Position numbers and translations under genes: made by a program. From positions 123,557 to 187,556 of the forward strand of contig CDRNVI010000185.1 in NCBI GenBank assembly GCA_977017575.1: DNA of 64,000 nt. The letters are read 5' to 3'. A model generated the notes under the pieces. It saw only the letters and a list, made by a program, of their open reading frames with translations, was not told the DNA's origin and did no database searches. This stretch comes from Paramoeba atlantica. Lineage: Eukaryota; Protista; Discosea. Below are positions 21,950 to 34,215 of this stretch, piece by piece. Within the stretch, counting starts at the first letter, position 1; each line of letters opens with the position of its first letter.

Positions 21950-23366
21950 GTGACCCTTATCAAGGGGGGAAATATTCATCCTTTTGGCCAACTGAGCTGA
22001 TTGGCATTACTAGTTTGCTCCTCTTGGGTTCATATTTCTTCATCACTTTCTTTGAAATCTCCTTGAACCTCCTCATTTGATAACATCCACCTCTCAAGAT
22101 CCTTGAATTTCCTAAAGTTGGTGTTAGAGAATCATTTTCTTCTGTTCTTGTTGATAGGATTGAAGATTTCTCCTAAATCAAATTTCACTTTCTCATCCTT
22201 TCCATTCTCATGTGTCTCTCTCTCTCTTTTATTTCTTTCTCAAGTCCTAAATTCTCTTTCTCCATTTCCCCCTATTCCCCTCATTAATTCCACAAGCTGG
22301 TCTTCCACACCATGCTTGCATGAATTTGATCATGGTGACTACAATGATGAGGTACAAGAGTGCTTTTTATGTGCAGAAAGTGCTTAGATTCTTTGATCAA
22401 GGATATCTTTTGAGATATTGCATTCCTTCTGATGATGTGTGCGCTTTTTGTCCATCTCCTGTGCACCCCATTTTGCCCCTCATCCACTCTTGTCTTACCC
22501 CTTCCTTCTTCTTTGCCTTCTTCTCCTCTGGTTTTTAATTTACTTTAAAGATGTCAGATCATGCAAGATGAACTTGTGGACACAGGATTGGAAATTCAAA
22601 ATTGATTATTCTTTGCTTCTATTTTTGATTCTGGTAATATTCCATTCAAGAGAAGATTTCTCATTTGTTTACAAAATGAATCAACCATTTGTTCAATTCA
22701 GGTCTATTGGTTTGTCTCCTCTCCAATATCTCTGCTTGTCCTTACCCCTCTCCTTAGGAGTTTGTTCATCAGTTATTCAAACTAAGTCTTGCTCAGATAA
22801 AGCATTAATCTTTTGGGTGACTCTTTTGTGCCCTACATTTGGTTTTGGCATGGGTGTGTGCACTCAAAACAAGTTGACCCATGCAACACCTCAGGCCCAA
22901 AATGATGACTGTTTGTTGAGGGAGCAAGTTGACTCATGTTTTCTGATGACTCTTGTCTGGTTTGAGCAGGGGATCAAAGTTTCAAAATAAATCTCTTTCC
23001 AGATCTCCAATGATGAGAGTGAAACTGTCATCTTGCTCATGATGAACAGTAACAGTTGAATCATTTTTGTTTGTCTAATTTTCTTTTGAGTTCATCAAGG
23101 TCCTTACAATTCTCAATCATTTCATTGAGTTGTGTCAGCATTTGCTTCTTTGCTGCTTGGAGGTCGATTTCCTCTTCTCTTTTCCTTTTGGGTGGTGGAG
23201 GGGTTTGATCAGATTGAGCAAACCACTGGACCAGGTTCATGCAATTACTTGAGAACATTTCAAAAGCTATATGTTGCCATAAGTTGAGATGAGGGAGGAC
23301 CAAGTCTTGTGTCCCTGGCCAATTCTTTTCACTTTTAAAAGTTTTCCAATGTTCAGCCAAAGACAT
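21950..23366 (-). pseudogene. decayed coding sequence of unknown family (probable TE relic)
   Basis: One minus frame across about 22560-23050 reads as protein-like with scattered TGA/TAA stops. Adjacent ORF 23061-23366. Very few CpG. Confidence 0.35.
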
Positions 23367-23548
23367 TGAAGATTACTGTGATCAGTGTTTTCTTCATAAG
23401 CTTACATCAGGTTGCATTGACCCAAACAATGAAGAAGAAGAAGAAGAAGAACTTGAATCAGAGTTTCTTCAAACAATCAGTGTCAAGTCAAGATCACTGA
23501 GAATACATCCAGGAATGAGAGTCTCTGGTGAAAGAGTTTCTGTTTGGC

Positions 23549-23805
23549 CTTTTCTTTCAAATCAAACAATCCAATCATCAAAAGAATAATAAACACACAC
23601 TTTTTTTTCTTTTTCTTTTTCTTTTTTGTTCCATTTCTTCAACCTTCACCATCTTCATTCAACCAAAAAACAAACAAATCAGAAAAGAGACCACAAGAGT
23701 GAACATATGGATATAACATTAGATTTTTTTTGAAGGCTCAAAAGGAATATTTGAAGTCACTTCAATCCTAAAAACACTATGATTGCAAGTGCAGCTTAAG
23801 CCCAC
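23549..23805 (+). repeat. dispersed about 260-bp repeat, copy 1
   Basis: Aligns over its length to 55740-56004. Confidence 0.85.
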
Positions 23806-24123
23806 TCTTATGTAAAGCATTAAACCAACAGTTTTCACTCCAAAACCTGATGGAGGTTGAAACTTGAACAAGCCCATTTCAGGAATTTTAAGAGGATGGA
23901 ACTTTCCTTTGATAATTTCAAGAAAAAATATCACTCTAGTCTCCCCTCAACCAATTATATGATGTTCATTTCCAAAAAAATATGGTTTCTTTCTGAATAA
24001 ACATTCAACTAGAAGTCAATTTGTAGAACCACACCACTATACACTCATTCAGACAGACCTGACAGATCTGTTAACTTGGAGCAAAGATGGTCTTTATTTT
24101 TTTGTTAAAAGCAACATGTAATC

Positions 24124-26548
24124 ATGGATGGGGTGATCTCTCATGATGATAATGTGGTTAAAAAAGCAATTAAGGATTTTTGGGAGGGTCTTCTCAGCAC
24201 AGAAAGACCATATAACAAAGATTCTCTTGATGAACTGATTGCTGACCACCAACCTCATTTCCTCCCAGTTGAGAAACATAATGTGGACAGGAAGAAAGTC
24301 AATAAACTACTTCAGAGAACCAACAACACCAGCACAGGACCTGATGGTATTCCCTTCTCTTTGTATAAGGCAACACAAGAGAAGTACTTTGATATGTGGG
24401 TAAAACTAATTCAACAAGCAGGTGAGGTTATGGATTTTCAGGAGATCAATTGATGAAGCAGTAAAATCAGTATATGACTCTTTTTACAAAGCTTTGGCAG
24501 AGGGGAAAGATGTGACTCTCCTCCAAACAGACTTTTGCAAGGCATATGATTATGTGAATTGTGATGCACTCCTTTATATTCTCAAAGGTTTGAACACCCC
24601 CCTCAAGCAATCTATGTTGTTGAGAAAGTCCTTTGTGAATATGTAACCTGGCTGCCAAATATTGGTGGATCTAAGAGGGCAGGCACCAAAGAATCAATTC
24701 AAAGATGGACAGGAGTTAGACAAGGATGCTCAATCTCCCCTCTATTGTTTGTGATTGTGTTTGACATCTTCCTTGTGAGTTTGAAGAAGAAACACAACCC
24801 CCAAGATCTGCCAGGCTTTATGGATGATTTGAGGATGGTGCTTTAGTGAGCTGAAACCATCAATTCTCTCACTCCAACCTTTAAGAAATATGAAGAAGTG
24901 ACTGGAGCTAAACTGAACTTTAATAAGTGCTTTGACCTCTCAACTGAGTCTTACAAACCAGTAGGCCCCTGGTCTGAGATGGCAAGACCCAATTACTGTG
25001 GTGATGAAACTGGAAGTGAGATTGAGTAAATGGTTATTTCCTCTCAAAGATTGGAAAAAGGTGGTTGTGCACAGGGTGCTAGTTTAGCCCCAGGGGAATT
25101 CAGTGAAAGATGAAGCTCAAAAAGGAGAAGAATTATGAACTTGTAGAGTTCAGATATTAGCTGAAGAAGAGAAAGAGAAAGAAACTCACTTGGGAGTTTT
25201 AGAATAAAAAAAGTGCTTGAAGACCATTCTTGAGTCCATTGTTTTCTGTGTGTCAGAGTGACTGTGTGTTTGGTGTGGAGTCAGGAGGTCATTCACTGTG
25301 GTCTAAAAGATGAAGAAAGTTGAAACAGCAATTAAAAAGAGAGGTGGGAATTTTTGCTCAAGAGTGAAGATGGTCAATACCTATCTAACTCCATGTATGG
25401 AATACTTAGTGAGATTCAAGTTGATCCTAAAATCTGTCACCTCTTTGATGTGGAAATCCATCTGCTTAGCCCTGGGTGCCATGCCAACACTAAAACCTCT
25501 GTTCTTACTTTATGCTATCCCCTTTGGACTCAAATCCTCAACTACACCACTCCATTGTTTTTAATTAGGCTCTTTTCACCTCTTGTCCACCAATAAGGAG
25601 TGACTATCAGAGTCCTCTCTCCATTGGAGCTATGCAGAAGGATGCTTTCATTGCAGCCCAAAGCCTTTCTTCCAAAGTTGTGTTTGGCCAGGCCACTTGT
25701 GTTGTATATACCAATATGTCTCAAATAATTTCAATTGAAATCAAAGACTTGTATGTGGGGGAAGGAAGAGCTGAGTGTGTGGTGTACAACTTGACTCATG
25801 CAATTAGACCTCAGCTCAAGAGGAATTTACTTAAATTTCTAATAAAAGAGCTATCTACAAGAAACAAGTTGTCTCACTTCTCAAACTAAGATTCAAGTTG
25901 TTGCTTAGCTGCCACTGAGAAAAGGAGTTATGATTTCATCTATTGGAAAAATGTTCTGTGGCTGAGGGTCTTCTTTAAGCAAGGGGAAGGAAATGTATTT
26001 TGCTGAAAGTACTCAACTGGCAAGAAACTAAGAGTGTGTGGCCTTGTCTCAAAGTATCTTACCAGGCAAGAAACCTCTGTGGTGAGTGCTGCCCTGCTGA
26101 GTTTGTAGCTCACAGTGTGTGCAAAAGGAACTAAATCAGCCTAATATACTAAAAAAATTTTTAGAAAAATCTTAAGAAAGAATAAAATCCTCCTTTGGCC
26201 TCTAAGGACTCAAACCAAGAAAGAATTAAAGAAAAGAAAAGTTTTAAATTCAAAGGTTTTTTAATGTTTTATAATGGTTCAGGACATACAAACCCTCATT
26301 TAGAGGGTGTAGGTTTTGCAGTTTTCAGGAAAGAAAGAGAGATATGTGGTGGGTTTGAAACCATTTCTTTTGGTTTTAACAATATTGGTGAATTTACAGG
26401 CTGTTTGAGAGGGATACAAAATGTTAAATCAATGATAAAAGAGATTATGATTGTTGAAGATTGTATAATTCTTACCAAGATAATGTTCAAAACCCATACT
26501 AGAAAAAATTATACTTTAAATGAATTACTTTGTGAAATTACAAGTTAA
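24124..26548 (+). mobile_element. decayed L1/Tx1-like non-LTR retrotransposon: RT plus C-terminal RNase H
   Basis: STGPDGIP, DFCKAYDYV, GVRQGCSISPLLF (about 24712), FMDD (24817), GAKLNFNK, thumb RVKMVNTYL. RNase H FYNGSGHTNP..GVGF..NNIGEFTG..EDC at about 26250-26470. Confidence 0.85.
25066..25297 (+). mobile_element. 232-bp solo-LTR-like insertion, copy A, TSD GTGGT
   Basis: Exact 5-bp direct repeats at 25061-25065 and 25298-25302. Ends TGTGCAC...TTCACT, internal AATAAA. 225/232 identical to the reverse complement of 59709-59940. Confidence 0.9.
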
Positions 26549-26599
26549 GGCTTGAAGGTTTGTAACACTATAAGTAAAACAACTATTTAAGATAAGAAA

Positions 26600-27300
26600 A
26601 GCTTTGGTATTATCTTTGAACTCTAAAAATCAACATCTTATAATCACTTTTAGAACAAAAATTTTATCAATTCAATAAGAAAATAACTTATTATTGATAT
26701 TTGGTGATGAAAATGATATTACATAACACCACTCATTCACTGAGAGATTATACATTACCTCTAAGTTTGAAACAAAGGATATTGTTTTGATAATTGTAAA
26801 AATTGAAAGATTCCATCCAATAATACCAACTATGAGCATTAAAGTGATATAGAATTCATTTCAAGAGGAACAATATCTATGAGAGCAATTATGTATTAAA
26901 ACAACTTTGAGTTTTTTAGTATCTTTTTTGTAATTAAAATCAGTTTCATTAATATTCATGATCAATTGAAAGTGAGCAGCATCAATCTTTTCTTGCAATT
27001 CTTTTACATTTTGTTTCAGCTTTTCTTCAAACAAACTGCATCTCTCTGCCTCAAGTGGCTCTAAATCAATAAGAAAAAGTTGTTTTTCACTCTAAACAAA
27101 GAAATAAATCCAAGTGAAAAAGATTGCTTTTAAGAAAGTGGTATTAATCCAATCTTTGAGGGTGGTTTGGATCAATGAAACTTGGTTTCCATTACATTTT
27201 TACATATATTTAACAATTTTATCAATTTGAAAAGGTTCAATCTTTGTAAAGTGTTTTCACATCTTTGATTTCACTCTAAAAAGCAGGTTACCCCAGGTTT
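26600..27300 (-). mobile_element. heavily decayed pogo/Fot1-like (DDE_1) transposase
   Basis: LIMNINETDF (from NxDETGF), YITLMLIVGIIG..IFTIIK and NINNKVIFLLN resemble DDE_1 blocks. Many stops. Confidence 0.5.
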
Positions 27301-27758
27301 TGGAAAGTTTTCTGTTTTGTTGTTAGTCAATTTGAAAAAAACAACTCACATTTGTAAAAGTTATTATTTATTCTTTTTCATTTGGACTATTAAGAATTAA
27401 TTTTTTATAAAAACAATAATATTACTTTATTAAAGTTTAACAAAGAGTTAACTTTTCTTATTCAAAGGTTTTAGAAAAAAAAATGTATTCATGAACTAGA
27501 AGTTTTAAATTTTACAATGAAATTACTTCAACAAGAAGAGCAAAAGATTTTTTTTTTTTTATAAAAGAAGATAATAGATTCTTGTATATGAGTTTAGGTG
27601 AAATGAAGCAATTAAACAAAAACCAACAAAAACAAACAAAAAACTAAAATCAATTTCAGAAACAAAATTAATTTTCTTTATTTGGCTAAAAAAAAAATAT
27701 TTTTCTCAATTTGATTTTTATATTTTTGAAAAAAATAAGATTTTAAATATTCAAAAAA

Positions 27759-28808
27759 GAGAATCAGAAAATAAATTAAGAAATTACATTCAATATGGAG
27801 ACATAATTAAGAAATTGAAATTACAAAAAATTAATATAAAAAAAAGAAAATAAAAAATAAATCAAATACATCAATTCAAAACAATTAAGAAATTTGATTG
27901 AATCAACTTAAAAAATATCATAGATCTGAAATATAAATTCTAAAAATATCAGAGAATCAGAAAATAAATTAAGGAATTGCATTCAATATGGAGACATAAT
28001 TAAGAAATTGAAATTACAAAAAAATAATATGAAAAAAATGAAATAAAAAATAAATCAAATACATCAATTCAAAACAATTAAGAAATTTTATTGAACCAAC
28101 TTAAAAAATATCACAGATCTGAAATATAAGTTCTAAAAATATCAGAGAATCAGAAAATAAATTAAGAAATTACATTCAATATGAAGACATAATTAAGAAA
28201 TTGAAATTACAAAAAATTAATATAAAAAAAAGAAAATAAAAAATAAATCAAATACATCAATTCAAAACAATTAAGAAATTTGATTGAATCAACTTAAAAA
28301 ATATCATAGATCTGAAATATAAATTCTAAAAATATCAGAGAATCAGAAAATAAATTAAGGAATTGCATTCAATATGGAGACATAATTAAGAAATTGAAAT
28401 TACAAAAAAATAATATGAAAAAAATGAAATAAAAAATAAATCAAATACATCAATTCAAAACAATTAAGAAATTTTATTGAACCAACTTAAAAAATATCAT
28501 AGATCTGAAAAATAAGTTCTAAAAATATCAGAGAATCAGAAAATAAATTAAAGAATTGCATTCAATATAGAAACATAATTAAGAAATTGAAATTACAAAA
28601 AATTAATGTAAAAAAAAGAAAATAAAAAATAAATCAAATACATCAATTCAAAACAATTAAGAAATTTGATTGAACCAACTTAAAAAATATTTTTAAAATA
28701 AAAAATAAATTTAAAAAATATTACAAAATCAGAAAATAAATTAAAACATTTTATTCAATATAGAAATATAATTAAGAAATTGAAATTACAAAAAAATAAT
28801 ATAAAAAA
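27759..28808. repeat. AT-rich tandem satellite, 193-bp unit, about 5.4 copies
   Basis: The anchor gaatcagaaaataaatt recurs at 27761, 27954, 28147, 28340, 28533 and (variant) 28726. Confidence 0.95.
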
Positions 28809-28899
28809 AATTACTTTTAATCATTTCTTATTGATTCTCTATTTCAAATATCCAAGTAAAAGAGGGCAAACAACTCCACACAAACATTTCATAATGATG

Positions 28900-30100
28900 T
28901 AAGTTTTGATAACAGACCAAACTATTGTATGAATAAACTAAAAACTGATTTGAGTAGAGAGGTGTGAGGTAGTGAATAAAATTATATTGTACTGCTCAAA
29001 TAGAATGCTTATACTTGTTTAATAAAGTTGATGCAAGTTTTTCAAGTTGATACAGGAAGTGTGAAAAAGAGTGAATATTTTTTACTCTTGTTGGAGCCTT
29101 CATTGATAAGTCAGATTTACCACCACAATCAAAACTACCATTATCAATAACTTATTCAACTCAAAAAGACAGATTTTTGATTAGTGCCTTTCAAAAAGCT
29201 TCTTTAACAAGATCACATTTATAGGCATGGCAACCAAAAATCTGAAAGACTTTTCTAGCCATTTGATTCAATTCTTCAATTGCTGCTGCTAGGTTTGAAG
29301 GAGTATGATCCCCCATTACAGATCCAAAGGAAGAGAGGTTCAAAGAATCTAAAAAGGACTAGACTTCAGGGAATTTCTTTGCCAGATTTTGTAGACCATT
29401 TAAAAGAGAAAAATTATTCTTTGCAATTGACAAGGCATCATGATCAACTGCTTCTTGAATACTCAAATTAACATGCCCACCTTCACCCTGGATACCAACA
29501 GAAAGAAGATTTCATCTTTGTGATGAATTTCCATCATGAGAGAAAGTTGGGGATTTTAGTTCTTGGATCAGTAGTGCTTCTAATTTTAATTGAATGCTGT
29601 CTTCACAACAAATCTGTTGGATTGTGGTTGATGATGAAAGAGTAAGGTCTTTTTCTAAAAAAATTCAGAAAAATTCTCAAATTGCAGAAGAAATATTTCT
29701 CTGGACCATCTCAAAGGAAAAAAGAGAACAAATCAAATTGTGAACTTTTTGAGAAAATTGCAATCTACCAGCACCAAGTTCAAGAGTTCTTACCTGCTCT
29801 TTCATTTCTTCTTTTTCTTTTTCATTGTTCTCCTTGTCCTCTTTAGTTTTCTTTGCAAGAGCAAGGAGGTTATGAAATGAAATTTCCTTAGAAAGATCAA
29901 TCAAATGATGAACTTTTATCAACAAAAAGATCAAGATTATTAAATGCTTTGATGTGTGGTGGGCAGCAAATAAAATAATCACAAGCAGGTTGGCTTTCCT
30001 TGTTTCAATCATGACCACTTCATAAACCACCAGAAAATTCCCCACCACTTCCACAAAAGCAGATTGCCCAACTTTATCAAAGAATTTGGGGGTCAATAAA
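28900..30100 (-). mobile_element. older, eroded paralog of the hAT-like transposase at 57.5-61.4 kb
   Basis: QFSQKVHNLICSL..MVQRNISSAI, HDGNSS, SFLDSLNLSSFGSVMGDHT, GCHAYK and SHFLYQLEK match QFTQPVQNLVCSY..MSQRRIPLAI, HDGASS, SFVESLSLSSFSSIISDHT, GCHAHK and THFLYVLSK. Confidence 0.8.
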
Positions 30101-30849
30101 GAAAAACAACCATTTTCATTCAAAACAAAATGTTCAACAACAATTCACAATTTTCAGTGTTTCAATCATTGGTTCCAGGAGGTGAGTCCTTCTCTAATAA
30201 TTTTTCAATCTAAAGCCTTTTCTAATTGTCTTCACCATTTCTCCTCAAACAAGGAAGGAACAGCAATGAATGGTCCAGCATAAGTCATTGCTTTGTGGTT
30301 TGGTCCTTGACAATATTCACACTCAGCTTGCACTACTTTCAAGAATCACTTCTTTATGGGTTTCATGAGTCTTTTTTCAAAAAAAAAAAAGATCAGTTTC
30401 AAGAAGAGGGTCTTTGAATTCAAAATCCAAAAGAATTTTGGGGATTGAAAGAAATACCTGCCTTAATCAGAGTTGTACAACAATTTTTTTGAGCAATTTC
30501 AAGGGCCAGAACAATTCAACTCCAAAACAAAAGAACAAAAAAAGAAAAAAATCTTTGTCATGGCACTACCTGCACAACTTTGGGCATGTTTGCACTCTAG
30601 AAAGAGAGAAAGAGTGGTGGTGAGAAAGAGAGAAAGGAGAGACAAAAGAAAAACAAAGAATTCAAAAATCCCAAAAGAGAGAAGAAGAATGAAAGAGAAA
30701 GAAAAGAAAAACAAAAACAAAGTGAAAAAGACAAAAAGACAAAAAAAAAAAGGAGGGAAGGGAGGAAAGGAAAAAAAAAAAAGAGAGATTTCAAAAGAAA
30801 AAGAAAAAAAAAAAAGAGAAAAAAAAAAGACTTTTTCCCCCTTGAAAAA

Positions 30850-33800
30850 CAACAAACAACAAACCACAAACCAACCACACCACCAATCACTTCCCACTTC
30901 ATTCGAATCAATACTCACTCTCCCCTCTTCCTCTCAAACCCCACCTTCAAAAGCTCTGCTCCCCACCCCTGATGTAACAACAGATTTTCAAGATTGCCAT
31001 GGCCATGCCTCTCGATCTTGGGCACCCTCAAACCAGATAGCACAGAAAACTTTCGGTTCCCAAAACTTCACTTGGGCCAAGTGGAGAAAGAGTCACAGCC
31101 AAGAAGGAGAGCAAGAGAAAGAAAAAGAAGGAAAAAAAGAAGAGGTCAGAGAAAGAGAAAAGGAAGGAAAAAGACAAAGAGAACCCCAAAAAAGCGAGAG
31201 AGCAGGAGCAGAAACAATGAAGAAAGAGAGAAAAGAAAGGAAGAGAATGAAAAGAAAAAGAAAATAGAGGAGGAAAAAAAACAGAAAGGAAAAAGAATGG
31301 AAAAAAAGAGGAAGAAAGAGAAAAATCAGAAAAAGAAAAGAATGAAAGAAACAGAAAAGAAAGAGAAAAAGAACTAAATCGAATGGACAATCCTCAGGCC
31401 CAAAAGACAACTTCACATCCTCCAAAATTCCTTGGCAATTGCTTGTACCAAAGATGCAGAGGCCAACACCAAAAAGTAATAGTCTCCCGATGTGAGAAGT
31501 GCCTCCTTACATTCTGCTCCTTTTCCCACCACAGGAAGTCACAAACTCTCTGTCACCCTCTTCCTCCTCCCCCCCCCCAACCTCTCCCATCCCTAACCTC
31601 CCCTCCCTGCTCTCCCTCCAATCCCTCCTCCCACCCTCCCTCCCCAATTCCCTCCCACCCTCCCTCCCCACTCCCCTCCCCCACTCCCTATCCCTCTCTG
31701 CATCTCAATTTTAATCCTGATCTCGATCCCTCCAGCACCCCTCCCCCTTCATGTAACAACCCTGAATGCAATGGTAAAGCAGAAGTTGGCTCCCACATCT
31801 CCTGTAACCACTGCCAAATGCATTATTGTTCAACACAATGCCACAACAGCACAGAAAACCATCCCATCACCCCTTTTCCTCCTCCCCCATCTCACCCCTC
31901 ACCTCACACACCTCTCCACCCTCCTTCCCATCCACCTCATTTGCCCCCCCCCCAAGCCCACCTCACCACCTCCCTTCCCACACCCCCTCTCACTCCCCTC
32001 TCACTCCCCCTCCCCAACAACTTTCCCACCGCCCTTCTTCTCATGGCCCACCTTCTTTTCAACAAACTCCTCCCTCCCTCTCCCTTATCCTTGAACTCTT
32101 CGAAAATGGCTCCTATGAAGATATAGTCTTAACTGTCCCCCGCTTCAGAAACTTGGATCGCGCAAGAACAAGCTCCCTCCAAACATGCAGAGCTCGTGAC
32201 CTCCTTGGACTTGGAATCAACCACTTCTTTGATGGCCAACACCATTCTCTCCTCAGATTTCAAAAATGCTCAACAAACAAAGCAAGATGAGATATCGTCC
32301 CCCTTCTCTTGAATCGCAAGTAGCACGGGGAGAATAGCCTTTCTCCTACAGTTCTGGCAACACTGGAAACCTGCACCACAGCCTCCCAAAATCTCGCTCA
32401 CAAATGTCAAAGACAACTTCTTTTTCATCTGTGGGGATGGATCTGTTGCTACCAACCCAAATGGATGGTGCGTTGGAAGCTCATCACTCTGTGTCATTCG
32501 TGAGAACAAGGAAATTGTCCACTCTCTCATCCATTCTCCCAAGCCCTGAAAACCATATTAACTGGAGAAACCACGAGAACAACTCTTTGGCAGATAGGAT
32601 CACAAGTTTAGCAGTACACAGAGGATGCCCTGACAACACCTGGAGAATCACACCCATCCTCAACCCAGACCCACAACACATCCAACAACTCTTCTTCAAT
32701 CATGGGCGCTCTACAACCCTTCCTCATGGAAGCAAAGAAGAGGCTGCAATGAACTTCATCCTCTCTCTTGAAGGAGACTCCTTCTCAAAACACATCCCCC
32801 TCCGCTACATGGACTCAGTACCACTCTGCCTTCGTGATACAGTCATCAAAACTTTTTGTGCTGTATGACACCTCTTTCATAAGATACCCCAACTCCTGAT
32901 CCTCCTCCCAAAATGGATCATTGGCTGCCTTAGAAGGAGTACTCGAGGAATGAAAGAAGTGAAATCTTGATGCACCATGGTGCGAAATTTTGAGTGGGAG
33001 AGACTCCACAAAAAACTCGAGGGCAAGCTCAGCAAACTCAAGCAAAAGAGGAGGCAGAAGTCCACCAAGAAAACCAAGGCAGACCAGATTATTGAAGAGG
33101 TCAGAAAAGGACATCTCTCCAAAGCTGCAAGGAAGCTTCAATCCAAGAGTGGATTCAGGGATCTCTCAGTCCCAGAAAATCGTGAAACTGCGAAGAACCT
33201 CTACCCAAGATCTGAGCAGGCGTGGACTCCACCAGATGGAGAAGAAATTCCTGACTGGAAACCAGCAATCCTTGAACAAGATGAGTTTCAGTCCTTTGAC
33301 TCACTTGATCTGGCCCTTCGGAGACTTCCAAAAGGCCGCACACCAGGGCTCTCAGGAATGTCTTATGAGTTTGTCACACTCCTATGCACAGACCGAGAAC
33401 TCTGCTCAACCCTCAAAGAATTGACTGTCTTAATCACCAACCAAAAACTCAATGAAACCATACACAACATCATGGCAACCTCTCTCTTCATTCCTCTGGC
33501 AAAAGGGTCCAGCAAGGAGATCCCCTCGGGACAATTTTCTTTTGTCTGGGATTTCATGGAATCCTCAATCCAATCTTTCAGAAGGTTGATGCTCCACCGA
33601 ATGCACTTCTTCTTCTCCTCTTTGTCGATGATATATTTGTTTGTGGGAGCCCAGTTGCCATTGCAGAAATCACCACTCAGATCCAGAGTGTCCTCCCAAA
33701 TGCCAACCTCAAACTTGGCACAGAAAGGGGCAAAATGGTCTGTTTCTCTCCCGAAGCGCCCAGGAGCAATGACCTCAAAAATCTTGGCATTGGGAAGGCG

Positions 33801-34215
33801 GAAGTAATCACAGTTCTAGGGTCACCCATCGGGCTGAACTCAAATTTCCAAGTGGCTTCACACCCTTGCTCAAGAATACCAACAAGCATCGCAAGACCAC
33901 TGTTTAATAATGTTCTCCAACCCCCATGAAAGTCTTGAGCTTTTTGTTAAAACCATCACACCCAAACTAACATACATCTGTTGCACAACACCTCTCTCTT
34001 TAACCCCTTTCCAAGACTTCATCAAGCAAACCACTACAACAAACATCAATTACCTCCTCAACCCCCTCCAAGTCCCCCACCTGCATCCAAACAAAGAACT
34101 CCATCTCTCTCAAGTAGAAGCTGCAGGCCTTCCAAAGTCAAAAGGTGGTGGTGGCTTGAGCTACTCTCAGAACACCCACCAAGCAGCCTTCCTTGGCTCC
34201 TGGATCTCAGTCTAC
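30850..34215 (+). mobile_element. CRE/SLACS-like (early-branching) non-LTR retrotransposon, internally deleted and 3'-truncated
   Basis: Cys/His clusters and a Pro-rich N-terminal region. GHLSKAARKL, LPKGRTPGLSGMSYE, IPLAKG joined directly to VQQGDPLG, FVDD (33621), VLGSPIG, LPKSKGGGGL..HQAAFLGS. Confidence 0.8.
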
